Positions 18,559 through 27,953 of a stretch of DNA of 64,000 bases are shown here, piece by piece. The notes under the pieces were generated by a model that had not been told where the DNA came from, searched no databases, and worked only from the letters and a program-made list of their open reading frames with translations. The DNA is taken from positions 17,154 through 81,153 of the forward strand of contig JACQJO010000002.1 in the NCBI GenBank assembly GCA_016205025.1, read 5' to 3'. Position 1 is the first letter of the stretch, and each line of letters starts with the position of its first letter. Source of the stretch: Elusimicrobiota bacterium. Its GTDB lineage: Bacteria; Elusimicrobiota; Elusimicrobia; JACQPE01. A program made the position numbers and the translations under genes.

Positions 18559-19094
18559 AGAAACTCCACCTCGGCTGCGGTTTTCAAATCCTACCGGGCT
18601 ACGTTAATGTAGACCGGGCCGCTATTAAGGGCGTTGACGTGGTTTGCGATCTACGGGTCATACCCTGGCCCTTCCCCGACAACGAATTTAACGCAATTCT
18701 TTTGACCCATGTCTTAGAGCACCTGCCGGACACCCTGCCGGCGATCGAAGAGCTCTGGCGCATCGCCAAACCCGGCGCCAAGGTAACCCTTCGGGTTCCC
18801 TTCTGGAACAGCTTTCACGCGTTCAGAGACCCGACTCATTATCGAACCTTTCACAGCGAATCCTTTGACTTTTATGACCCAAATACCGCTTTAAACAAGC
18901 AGTGCTCCTACTACACCCACGCCCGTTTTAAAATAGCCCGCAAAGATTACTTTATCAGCCTGGCCGGGGGTCGCGATGATCGCGGTTGGTACCAGGTTCG
19001 CTTGCCTTTGGTCAAGTGGTTCCTTGATTTATTGGCCAGGCATATCTGCGGAATCATCTACTTCATCGAAGTTGACCTAATCGCGGTCAAGTAG
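18555..19094 (+). CDS. Class I SAM-dependent methyltransferase (small, Methyltransf_11-like)
   Basis: KLHLGCG ... AILLTHVLEHL ... AKPGAKVTLRVP. ATGA overlap with the upstream gene. Confidence 0.65.
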   Translation: MKKLHLGCGFQILPGYVNVDRAAIKGVDVVCDLRVIPWPFPDNEFNAILLTHVLEHLPDTLPAIEELWRIAKPGAKVTLRVPFWNSFHAFRDPTHYRTFHSESFDFYDPNTALNKQCSYYTHARFKIARKDYFISLAGGRDDRGWYQVRLPLVKWFLDLLARHICGIIYFIEVDLIAVK

Positions 19095-21056
19095 AACGTC
19101 AAAAATATAAATATCTTCTTCGTGATCTCTTAAGGTCACCGGCCAGAAGCGTTCGATCCGCTCAAAAAGAGCGGGGGGAGTGCGATTTTTCTCCACAATA
19201 ATGTATTTAACGCCCCATCGCCGCAAACCCTGGCGAACTAATGGGCCTTCGATCATGTGCTGCGACAGCCGGCCCGTTTCCTGCGCCAAGTTCAGCTGAA
19301 ACAAAAAAGGATCATCGCGGTACAGCTCAAAAACATATTTAGGCATTCCTCCGGCAAAACCGGCCACCAGCGGATGCTGATGCACTATTTGGTTGACCAA
19401 ATACTGCCGCTCATCGCGATAGGGAGTTCGCGCGTAGCGGAAGCTGGCGCTAAAAGGAACGGTCAAAGCGGCGCCCGCCGGCGCCGGCTTAAAGCGCTCA
19501 TAAATCGCGGGCACGGACCAAGGCCTCAACGGTCTCGGGATGTTGAAAAGATGTTCGAAGGCGAACACGGACCAGGCAATCGTTAGAAAGCTTGCCGAAA
19601 AAAAGCCGATGCGGATTTTTTCTTTATAGCGCTCGCAAGCCAAAGCCAGGGCTATGCCAAAAAAGAAATAGTTGGCAACCGCCAGCCGAGCCGTTCCCTT
19701 GAGATTGGAAAAAAACGGCAGTTGGTGCAAAAAATAAAAAGGCATCGGAAAATAGGTATTAAAACCAAAAAATTTAAAATAGGAACCCAGTTCCAGAACA
19801 ACAGAGCAGAGGCCAAGCGCCAGCCACAACCGGGCTTGGGGCAAAAAGTATTTGCGAAAGTACCAAATGAGCAACAAGGGTAGACTCCATCCCAGGCCGT
19901 AAATCCACCCCGTATCCCAAAGCGATGTGCCACGAAAAAATGAAGCCCACAAAGGGTGCCCTAAGTTCGGCTGAAAAAAATTGGCCAGGTCAAAAGTGGT
20001 GCCTCCGCCCCGCCAGCGTCCCGGCGATTCGATATGAATGCCGTGGTAGGAAAGAACCGCGATCACAGCCACAGTCGGAGCAATGATCAGGCCCCACCAA
20101 AAAAGCGTGCTGACCATGGGGAAAAAAATATCGAACAGACTTTCCTGCGGGCGCCACCGGCCATAAGGCAGACCGCCTCGCCAAAGAATAAAAAAAACCA
20201 GGGCCGAACCCAAGGTCAGCCAGTAAGGAAAAACATACCGTAAAATATCCCGGAAACCGCCGCTGCCTTCAAAAGCGATCTGTCCCCATGCCGTTAAATC
20301 GTAATAGAGCCACGCCGCGCCGCCCAAAAAAGCGGCCAGGCCAAGATAGCGGGCCCGCCTGATCCAAGGACGGTTGGCGTCAAAGTTAAGGACCGCCAGC
20401 TCGATATGGGGAATAAAAGTCATGGCGCCTAAGAAAAACAAACAAAATATCTGGTAGTAAGGGGTGTAAAGCCAAGTCCAAAATAAAAACAAAGCCGCTA
20501 AAAATAAATTTCTTCCCGTGGGGTCCTGCTGGGCTTTGTAATAACGCCATGCGAAGAATATGATGGGCCAATAGCCCGGATATTCCGAGCCCCCCTTGGG
20601 AAGCGCCACGGCGTAAGCGTTAAAGGAAGCGATGTAGCCCGCGAAAAGAGCGGTTTTAAAACCGCAGCCCAGCTCGCGGGCCATCAAAAAAGCGCCGTAA
20701 GCGCCAAGCAAGGGACAAATCAAAACGGAAAGATTAAGCGCGGCCAAAAATCCGACGAGGGGACCGATAAAATAAACTACCAAGCAATGCATTAAGGCGT
20801 AATTGTGGAAGATCATGTTGTAACCAGCCGGCCAAAAATGAAGATCGTTCCAGAGCGGATTTTGCCCTTGGCTTATCTGATGCTGAAAAAACCAGGAGTT
20901 CCAGACAAAGACAAGCTCGTCGCCCGCTTTAATCTCTCCCATGGTCACTTCGTTGAGATGAAAAATTAAAGGGTACTGGGCAAGGATGGTCAGGACTCCG
21001 AAAAACAAAAGAACCACGATGTGTTCCAAGCCTGCTTTAAAAACGGAACTCTTCAT
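19077..21056 (-). CDS. Large multi-pass membrane protein (659 aa), putative GT-C-type polyprenyl-phosphate-sugar-dependent glycosyltransferase
   Basis: More than 12 hydrophobic segments, then a soluble C-terminal domain of about 150 aa. Starts 8 nt downstream of the GT2 gene 21064..21774 on the same strand. Confidence 0.45.
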   Translation of the reverse strand: MKSSVFKAGLEHIVVLLFFGVLTILAQYPLIFHLNEVTMGEIKAGDELVFVWNSWFFQHQISQGQNPLWNDLHFWPAGYNMIFHNYALMHCLVVYFIGPLVGFLAALNLSVLICPLLGAYGAFLMARELGCGFKTALFAGYIASFNAYAVALPKGGSEYPGYWPIIFFAWRYYKAQQDPTGRNLFLAALFLFWTWLYTPYYQIFCLFFLGAMTFIPHIELAVLNFDANRPWIRRARYLGLAAFLGGAAWLYYDLTAWGQIAFEGSGGFRDILRYVFPYWLTLGSALVFFILWRGGLPYGRWRPQESLFDIFFPMVSTLFWWGLIIAPTVAVIAVLSYHGIHIESPGRWRGGGTTFDLANFFQPNLGHPLWASFFRGTSLWDTGWIYGLGWSLPLLLIWYFRKYFLPQARLWLALGLCSVVLELGSYFKFFGFNTYFPMPFYFLHQLPFFSNLKGTARLAVANYFFFGIALALACERYKEKIRIGFFSASFLTIAWSVFAFEHLFNIPRPLRPWSVPAIYERFKPAPAGAALTVPFSASFRYARTPYRDERQYLVNQIVHQHPLVAGFAGGMPKYVFELYRDDPFLFQLNLAQETGRLSQHMIEGPLVRQGLRRWGVKYIIVEKNRTPPALFERIERFWPVTLRDHEEDIYIFDVLLDRD

Positions 21057-21063
21057 CGGTAGG

Positions 21064-21774
21064 TCAAAAAGGAAGGAAACGCCACTTAACGATGGTCCAG
21101 ATCATGCGCATCCCGTCAAGCCATTTAATTTTTTTTCCGGCCTCGTAAGTTCTAGGCGCGTAAGTGATCGGCACCTCCGCCAAACGCCATCCGCGCCGCA
21201 GAATCTTGCAAATCAGTTCATTGTCGTATTCAAATCCATCGGCCTTAATGGAGATCGTTTCGATCACATTCCTTGAGAAAGCTTTATAGCATCCTTCATA
21301 ATCGGTGGCCCGGTAGCCATAAAGAAAATTGGTGAGATAAATGATGAGAAGATTGCCAATGTAATGCGTAAAGAAGGGGGATTTCGGCTTTCCAAAAAAG
21401 TAGCGGGGTTTCTCCCGGACAAATCGCGAGCCCAACGCCGCGTCCGCGCGTCCTTCGGCTATTGGTCTGACCACCTCTTTGATATCTTTCGGGTCATATT
21501 CAAGATCGGCATCCTGAATGGCCAAAATATCGCCCGAGGCCGCCTTAAAACCGGTTTTAACCGCGGCTCCCTTGCCCCCATTTTTTTCATGCAGGATCAC
21601 TTTGATGCCGGGAAGGGATTTTAAAATTTCTCTGGTCCTGTCCTTTGAGGCATCGTCAACGACAACAATCTCGCGCTCCAGGCCGCCAAGGCCGGCCGCT
21701 TTGACGCGCTCGATAATTTGGGCGATCGTCCCTTCTTCATTATAAGCCGGAATGATAATGCTGACTTTTAACAT
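21064..21774 (-). CDS. GT2 polyprenyl-phosphate glycosyltransferase (DPM1/GtrB-like)
   Basis: VSIIIPAYNEEGTI, VVVDDASKDRT and IQDADLEYDP (DxD). Paralogue of 50374..51090. Confidence 0.8.
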   Translation of the reverse strand: MLKVSIIIPAYNEEGTIAQIIERVKAAGLGGLEREIVVVDDASKDRTREILKSLPGIKVILHEKNGGKGAAVKTGFKAASGDILAIQDADLEYDPKDIKEVVRPIAEGRADAALGSRFVREKPRYFFGKPKSPFFTHYIGNLLIIYLTNFLYGYRATDYEGCYKAFSRNVIETISIKADGFEYDNELICKILRRGWRLAEVPITYAPRTYEAGKKIKWLDGMRMIWTIVKWRFLPF

Positions 21775-21815
21775 CTGTTGAAGTGTTTGAAAGGCTCTGC
21801 TATATTGCGGTATCC

Positions 21816-22208
21816 ATGCAGGACGTCAAAGATACGTTGATCGCGCTTCCCGCTCCTTTTGTTGATGAACGCGGGTTGATCCAACCGCTGTTGGAACGCG
21901 CCATGCAGAGCGCCTTGATCATTCATTCCAAAAAGGGGAGCCTGCGCGCCAACCATTACCATAAGACAGACTGGCATTACTGCTACCTGGTGACCGGTTC
22001 CATGGAATACTACTATCGAAAAACAAACAGCGCCGAAAAACCGGCATGCCTGAAGGTAAAGGCAGGACAGATGATATTTACCCCTCCCATGGTAGATCAC
22101 GCTATGAAATTTCTTGAAGATACCATTTTTGTCGCTCTTTCCCGAAATCAGCGCGACCAAGAAAATTACGAAGACGACGTCATCCGGGTTGAGCTCGTCC
22201 GGCCGTGA
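21816..22208 (+). CDS. Cupin-fold NDP-sugar epimerase/ketoisomerase-like protein
   Basis: FVDERGLIQPL ... RANHYHKTDWHYCYLVTGSMEYY resembles RmlC/FdtA/WxcM-type cupins. Track ORF opens at GTG 21783; the first ATG is at 21816. Confidence 0.5.
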   Translation: MQDVKDTLIALPAPFVDERGLIQPLLERAMQSALIIHSKKGSLRANHYHKTDWHYCYLVTGSMEYYYRKTNSAEKPACLKVKAGQMIFTPPMVDHAMKFLEDTIFVALSRNQRDQENYEDDVIRVELVRP

Positions 22209-23479
22209 TGAGTTCGATGCCCGCCGCCCAAACTAAAAAAATCGCGTGCCGGCGGCGCTCCACCTGCCGGCTGTGTTCGGCAACCAAACTGACACCCGTT
22301 ATTTCACTCGCGCCGACGCCGCCGGCTAACGCCTTCGTGGATAAAGAGCACATTCAGGAAAAGCAAGAGCTCTTCCCCTTGGATGTTTTTCTCTGCCAAT
22401 CCTGCGCCCATCTTCAACTCTTGGACGTGGTTGATCCCGGCGTTCTTTTCAGCGACTATGTGTATGTATCCGGAACCTCGCCGGTATTTGTGGAGCATTT
22501 TAAAAACTACGCGCGCTACGCGATCGAGCATTTTAAGCTTAAGAAGGATTCCTTTGTTATTGATATCGGTTCCAATGACGGAACGCTTCTTAAATTTTTC
22601 AAAGAAGAGGGCTTTCGCGTGCTGGGTATTGACCCTGCCGTTAACATCGCCAAGGCGGCCACGGCTGAGGGTATTGAAACAATTCCGGCTTTTTTCGACC
22701 TTTCCTTGGCCAAAAAAATCCGGACTAACCACGGCCAAGCCGGCATCGTCACCGCCAACAACGTGTTCGCGCATAGCGATCATTTAAAGGAATTCACCGA
22801 AGGCGTGCGCGAACTCCTCGGACCAGACGGCGTTTTTATTTTTGAGGTTTCTTATCTGGCCGACGTGGTGACCAAAATTCTTTTTGACACGATTTATCAC
22901 GAACATGTGGCCTATCATTCGGTAAAACCCTTGGTTAAATTCTTTGATTCCCAAGGAATGAGGCTCATTGACGCTTTGCGCGTCGACAGCCACGGCGGCT
23001 CGCTTCGAGCCAGCGCCGCCTTGGCCCAGGGATCAAGGAAAACGAGCCCGGCTGTCGCCGAACTTTTGCGCCTGGAAGAAGACTTGAAGTTAAACCGCCC
23101 CGAAACATTTCGCGCCTTTGAAACCAGGATTAACAAGCGCAAAGAGGAACTGGTCAACTTGGTTCGCAGTCTTAAGGCCCAGGAAAAAAGCATTGGGGGA
23201 TTCGGAGCGCCGGCCAAAGCCACCACCCTGATGTATCACTTCGGCCTGGGTCCCGACCTTATCGATTTCATCGTTGATGACAGCCCCTTAAAACAAGGCC
23301 TCTTCTCTCCGGGCCACCATATCCCTGTTTTGCCGTCAAAAGCCATCGAGGAGCGCCGGCCGGATTACCTGGTTATCTTCGCCTGGAATTTCGCCGAATC
23401 CATCATCGCCAAAAACCAAAAGTATCTGCAGGGCGGCGGGCATTTCATCGTGCCCTTGCCGGAATTAAAAATTTATTAG
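22208..23479 (+). CDS. NDP-hexose C-methyltransferase (TylCIII family, SAM-dependent)
   Basis: N-terminal 4-Cys zinc site (CRLCSATKL ... CQSCAHLQL). SAM-binding VIDIGSNDGTLLKFF. Long C-terminal domain typical of sugar C-methyltransferases. Confidence 0.75.
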   Translation: MSSMPAAQTKKIACRRRSTCRLCSATKLTPVISLAPTPPANAFVDKEHIQEKQELFPLDVFLCQSCAHLQLLDVVDPGVLFSDYVYVSGTSPVFVEHFKNYARYAIEHFKLKKDSFVIDIGSNDGTLLKFFKEEGFRVLGIDPAVNIAKAATAEGIETIPAFFDLSLAKKIRTNHGQAGIVTANNVFAHSDHLKEFTEGVRELLGPDGVFIFEVSYLADVVTKILFDTIYHEHVAYHSVKPLVKFFDSQGMRLIDALRVDSHGGSLRASAALAQGSRKTSPAVAELLRLEEDLKLNRPETFRAFETRINKRKEELVNLVRSLKAQEKSIGGFGAPAKATTLMYHFGLGPDLIDFIVDDSPLKQGLFSPGHHIPVLPSKAIEERRPDYLVIFAWNFAESIIAKNQKYLQGGGHFIVPLPELKIY

Positions 23480-23482
23480 ACC

Positions 23483-24541
23483 ATGGCGCTTAAATCGGAT
23501 ATTCTGCAGGCCGCCGGAGCCATTGATGACATAGCGGACGCTTTTGCGGGAAAAACAGTTCTTTTATGCGGCGGCCGGGGATTTATAGGGCGCTATCTCT
23601 GCGCTGTTCTTCTTGAATTAAACCAACGCCGTCTCAAAAAAAACCCCTGTACCCTGTTGGTGCTGGATAACTTGATTACCTCGGGCAAATCCAAGCTCGC
23701 TTTTCCAAAAACACCGCATTTTCGGTTTATGAAACACAACATCATTGAACCCTTTACAACAAACATCCACATTGACTTTATTCTGCAGACAGCCGGAATC
23801 GCCAGCCCCTATTACTACCGCGCTTATCCCCTGGAAACCCTGGAGGTGGCGATTGCAGGCACTAAAAACATGCTGGAGCTCGCCGAAAAAAACCGCTCCC
23901 GGCTTCTTTTCTTTAGTTCCAGTGAAATCTACGGAGATCCGGATCCCAAATATGTGCCCACGCGGGAAAGCTATCGAGGCTATGTTTCCTGCCTGGGGCC
24001 AAGGGCTTGTTATGACGAATCAAAACGCTTGGGAGAAACGCTCTGCTATGTTTTCCATGAAAAATTCGGCACCGCAGCCGTCATTGTGCGCCCATTTAAT
24101 GTGTTTGGTCCCGGCATGCAGGAAGCCGACTACCGCATTCTGCCCAATATCGCCAGCCGCATAAAAGCCGGCAAACCCGTCAACATTTACGGCACGGGGA
24201 AACAAACGCGCACCTTTTGCTACATTACCGACGCGATCGAAGGTTTTTTGCGAGCTCTTGCCTTGGGCCTGCCCGGGGAGGCCTACAACATCGGCAATCC
24301 AAAACCAGAAATATCCATGACTGACCTAATCAAAATTATATCGCGCGTCCTCGGACGGCCGGTTGCCCACCATCTAGTGGAATATCCCGACAGCTATCCG
24401 GCCGATGAACCCAACCGCCGCTGTCCGGATATCACCAAAGCCAAGCTTCAGCTGGGATTCAAACCCAAGGTGCCTCTCGAGGAAGGCCTGGAGCGCTTTT
24501 TCACCTGGACCGAAAAAACCTATACCGGAAACGATAAATAA
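23483..24541 (+). CDS. UDP-glucuronate decarboxylase (UDP-xylose synthase)-like SDR
   Basis: VLLCGGRGFIGRYL, SSSEIYGDP, CYDESKR (YxxxK), RPFNVFGPGM and GTGKQTRTFCYITD. Confidence 0.75.
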   Translation: MALKSDILQAAGAIDDIADAFAGKTVLLCGGRGFIGRYLCAVLLELNQRRLKKNPCTLLVLDNLITSGKSKLAFPKTPHFRFMKHNIIEPFTTNIHIDFILQTAGIASPYYYRAYPLETLEVAIAGTKNMLELAEKNRSRLLFFSSSEIYGDPDPKYVPTRESYRGYVSCLGPRACYDESKRLGETLCYVFHEKFGTAAVIVRPFNVFGPGMQEADYRILPNIASRIKAGKPVNIYGTGKQTRTFCYITDAIEGFLRALALGLPGEAYNIGNPKPEISMTDLIKIISRVLGRPVAHHLVEYPDSYPADEPNRRCPDITKAKLQLGFKPKVPLEEGLERFFTWTEKTYTGNDK

Positions 24542-24545
24542 CAAC

Positions 24546-25460
24546 GTGACGGTTCGTTTAGCTTTAATCGGAGCCGGTCATTGGGGACGCGCCTACATTC
24601 GAACCATCAAAACAATACCTGGAGCGCTTTTGGTCCGCGTTGCCAGCAAAAATCCGCAAACCCGCTCCCTGGTTGATCCTGAAGTCAAAATCAGCGGCGA
24701 CTGGTGTCAAGTTGTCGGGTCTCAAGACATCGACGGCGTTATCGTGGCCACCCCGCCCGCGACTCACTTTGAAATTGGGATGCAAGCCCTGCGCTCGGGA
24801 TTGGCGGTTTTAATGGAGAAGCCCTTAACTCTGGATTTGGGACAAGCGCAAAATCTATTGAAATTTACGGCCAAACAAAATGGCCTGTTTATGGTGGATC
24901 ACACTTATCTATTTCATCCGGCTTATCGCCTTATTAAAAAAAAGAGCCGCGAACTGGGGGCGATCAAGCTGATCGTTTCAAGGGCCGGCAACAGAGGGCC
25001 ATTTCGAGAGGACACGCCCCCCTTGTGGGATTACGCGGCGCATGACCTGGCCATATGCCTTGACCTGGTGGGAAAACCACCCTCAAGCATCAGGGCTTTA
25101 AGAGAAAAAAAAGAAACCCTGCCGCAAGGACGGGGGGAAATCATTCGGTTAAAACTTGAGTTTCCCGGCTCCATTAAAGCCGATATCCAGATTGGCAACA
25201 TCCTGCCCGCCAAAGAACGTTTTTTTGAGGTTCAATTGAACGACGGCGCGTTGACGTTTGACAACATCGCGCAAACGCTCAAAGACGCGGGTAAAACCAT
25301 TCCTTATCCGCCGACGCCGCCTTTAACCCAGGCGGTTAAAGAATTCATCGAGATGATTGCCCTTGGCCGCTCTGATCATGAAAATTTAAAACTAGGCGTC
25401 GAGGTTATCCGGCTCCTGGCCCAATGCGACCGGATGTTATCGCCAAGCGAAAAGGTTTAG
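24546..25460 (+). CDS. Gfo/Idh/MocA-family oxidoreductase
   Basis: Track ORF 24405 overlaps the preceding gene. GTG 24546, 5 nt after the TAA of the upstream gene, gives VTVRLALIGAGHWGRAYI. VLMEKP motif present. Confidence 0.75.
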   Translation: MTVRLALIGAGHWGRAYIRTIKTIPGALLVRVASKNPQTRSLVDPEVKISGDWCQVVGSQDIDGVIVATPPATHFEIGMQALRSGLAVLMEKPLTLDLGQAQNLLKFTAKQNGLFMVDHTYLFHPAYRLIKKKSRELGAIKLIVSRAGNRGPFREDTPPLWDYAAHDLAICLDLVGKPPSSIRALREKKETLPQGRGEIIRLKLEFPGSIKADIQIGNILPAKERFFEVQLNDGALTFDNIAQTLKDAGKTIPYPPTPPLTQAVKEFIEMIALGRSDHENLKLGVEVIRLLAQCDRMLSPSEKV

Positions 25461-25582
25461 CGCAGGGGAGTCACCCTTGAACCCAGCGGAGGCAAAACCC
25501 CTCTCCTCCCTTCGGATCCTCTCCCCGCAATGCGGGGAGAGGATGGTTCTCGGGTCTGGGGGCAAGGGTGACTCCCCTGCGC
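25460..25582. repeat. Structured palindromic repeat, copy A (123 nt, nested hairpins)
   Basis: Perfect 20-bp outer stem (25460..25479 with 25563..25582) and perfect 13-bp inner hairpin (25516..25544). Second family member at 50234..50356. Confidence 0.7.
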
Positions 25583-25608
25583 TATACCCTTATCGGCAAG
25601 CTGATTTC

Positions 25609-26958
25609 TTAGCGAAAGCTGTCAAAACCTAAATTACTGTAGTGCAGACCCGGGCGGCGCATAATCTCTTGGCGCGCGTGCATCTGCCAGGGATCAAAAA
25701 ACAGGCCCGGCTTATTCATCAAAAAAAGGTGATTTAAAAGACTTCGATTGCGGTAAGAAGCGTGGTTGGTCATCACGATCACGGCGTCGGCTCCCTTAAA
25801 ACAGCCGGCGACATTCCTGGAATACTGGATTCCCAGACGCCGGATTTCAGCCGGATCCACGATAGGATCGTGACCGATAATTTTTTTAATGCCGGCCTGC
25901 CCAAGAAGAGCGGTCACATCCATGGTGGGGGAAAACCGGATATCCGCGGTCTCCGGGTGCCCCTTGTAAGCGAATCCCAAAATGCCTACGGTGGCTTGGG
26001 AAGGCGGTTTTCTGGCTATCTTGGTCAAAAAACGCTTGACCTTGGTCACGGCGTGAGAAGGCATAAGACTGTTGACGCGACGGCCATGAAACACAATATA
26101 GGGCTTAAACGCGATTTCCTTGGCGCTGTGCAGAAGAATAAAAGGGTCTTTGGTCAAACAGTAGCCGCCGACTCCGGGACTGGGATACGGCATGGAACTA
26201 CGGGGATAATCCTTATTGGAAGCCCCGATAATCTCAACGGGATCGAGATTAAACCCATCGCATATCAAAGCCACCTCATTGGCGAACCCGAAAATGACGT
26301 CGCGATAGCAGTTATTGAAAAGCTTGACCAACTCGGCCGCCTCAAGGCTTGAAACAGGAATAATTTGCGGCGTCATGAAACGGAAAAACCGGGCGGCTTT
26401 AGTCACGGAGGCGTCATCAACGCCTCCGATAATCTGCGGCAGGAATCGAAGCTCGGTCAAAGCGCTGCCTTCCGACGTTCGTTCAGGGGCGAAGACGACG
26501 GAAAAATCCCGGCCGGCCTTCAAACCGGAAACCCTTTCCACAATCGGAATAAACACATCGCGCGTTGTTCCGACCGGAACCGTGGAGCGAAGAAGCGCCA
26601 GGTTGCCCTGGCGGATCAACCGGCCGATCGACTCGGCCGCGGATTCGATATATTCAAGATTGGGCACTTTGTCGGCGCTGTCGACCGGCGTGCCGACCGC
26701 AACCACATAAATATCCGCCCGCGCCTCCCGCGGACCGTCAAAAACTTTAAAGCGGCGGTTAATATGCTTTTTAAGCATTTCGGTTAATCCCTTCTCGTGA
26801 ATGGGAGCGATGCCTTTTCTTAAATTCCGAACATTTCTTTTTCTAGGTTCCACCCCCAAAACCGTAAATCCCAGATCAGCCAAAACCGTCCCCATGGTCA
26901 GACCCACGTAACCCAAACCAAAAATAGCCACCTTGGGTTTTTCAATCGCCGGGCTCAC
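25609..26958 (-). CDS. Nucleotide-sugar (UDP-glucose/GDP-mannose family) 6-dehydrogenase
   Basis: KVAIFGLGYVGLTMG Rossmann and the catalytic-Cys block GVGGYCLTKDP. 449 aa. Confidence 0.85.
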   Translation of the reverse strand: MSPAIEKPKVAIFGLGYVGLTMGTVLADLGFTVLGVEPRKRNVRNLRKGIAPIHEKGLTEMLKKHINRRFKVFDGPREARADIYVVAVGTPVDSADKVPNLEYIESAAESIGRLIRQGNLALLRSTVPVGTTRDVFIPIVERVSGLKAGRDFSVVFAPERTSEGSALTELRFLPQIIGGVDDASVTKAARFFRFMTPQIIPVSSLEAAELVKLFNNCYRDVIFGFANEVALICDGFNLDPVEIIGASNKDYPRSSMPYPSPGVGGYCLTKDPFILLHSAKEIAFKPYIVFHGRRVNSLMPSHAVTKVKRFLTKIARKPPSQATVGILGFAYKGHPETADIRFSPTMDVTALLGQAGIKKIIGHDPIVDPAEIRRLGIQYSRNVAGCFKGADAVIVMTNHASYRNRSLLNHLFLMNKPGLFFDPWQMHARQEIMRRPGLHYSNLGFDSFR

Positions 26959-27947
26959 GAGCGGGGTCCTCCCGACACTTGCAAGTCACGCTTAGCCTGA
27001 AACACCGGATCCATGGCTCTCAAACTTAATTTAAACTCCTCGCGGTCAAACCGGCCGCGCGAGGCCGCGACGCTAAAAAATTCCTTCTGCGCCATCTGCA
27101 AGCTTTCCATCCAGGCCAAAGCGTAATCCAGCTTAACGCGCTTGACAATGGGAGGGGCGCCAAAGCGCCCTTTTTTGTCCAAGGTTTCGCGAGGAGCGCA
27201 AAGTCTAGCCTCCTTGCCGTCATATTCCCAAAAACCGTCGGTTCCCAATAAAAACCAACGGCTGCAGTACGGGGCGGCGTAACTCAAACGAATCCTGACC
27301 CTAAGGTCATTATCCATTGTTAAGTGAAAAACACCGGTATCGGGCGGACCCTGGCGTTTAGCCAGCCACATCATATCCGTCCGGCTTTGAGCGATCCCGC
27401 CAAAAAGGGCCAGGGCCAAATGGGTATAGTGAACACCCACGTTTTCCATCACGCCCAATGAAGTCTCGGCCCGGCTTCTCCAAGAATCCGGATAACCCGG
27501 CTTAAATGCCAAACCGTGGCTGGCATGAACGTCAAACGCGGCCAAACGGCCCAACCGCCCGCTCGCGATCGCCTCTGTCATCGACGCGGTAAGTTTGGAA
27601 AACAAGAGATTAAAGTTAACCCGCGTGCGCGATTTTAAATCATCGCTCCAATCCAAGAATATCTTTTCTTCTTCTTTGAAGGATACGGCCGGTTTTTCCA
27701 AGAGAATGTAGCCACGGTAAGCTTTAAGCCGGCTCAAATAATGCGCGTGGGTGGGCGTGGGGCTGGCCACGATAACGGCGTCAGCGCGCAAAACATCATC
27801 AAAATCATCCGTTAAGGGCAGGCCCGCGGCTTCGGCTTTTCCCGGACAATAAACCGCCGCCAAGCGCGCGTCGCGCTGTTTTTTGATGAACTCAATATGG
27901 CGCGCCGCTTGATTTCTTTTTCCGATAACGGCGACGTTGATGGGCAT
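26955..27947 (-). CDS. Gfo/Idh/MocA-family oxidoreductase
   Basis: MPINVAVIGKRNQAARHIEFI and YILLEKP motif. 4-nt overlap with the dehydrogenase gene. Confidence 0.75.
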   Translation of the reverse strand: MPINVAVIGKRNQAARHIEFIKKQRDARLAAVYCPGKAEAAGLPLTDDFDDVLRADAVIVASPTPTHAHYLSRLKAYRGYILLEKPAVSFKEEEKIFLDWSDDLKSRTRVNFNLLFSKLTASMTEAIASGRLGRLAAFDVHASHGLAFKPGYPDSWRSRAETSLGVMENVGVHYTHLALALFGGIAQSRTDMMWLAKRQGPPDTGVFHLTMDNDLRVRIRLSYAAPYCSRWFLLGTDGFWEYDGKEARLCAPRETLDKKGRFGAPPIVKRVKLDYALAWMESLQMAQKEFFSVAASRGRFDREEFKLSLRAMDPVFQAKRDLQVSGGPRS

Positions 27948-27953
27948 TGAAAA

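Noticed and set aside
24405-24545. N-terminal 47-codon extension of the Gfo/Idh/MocA ORF overlapping the UXS-like gene.
   Set aside because: The Rossmann motif begins right after GTG 24546, which follows the upstream TAA by 5 nt. The extension is an out-of-frame read of the preceding gene.
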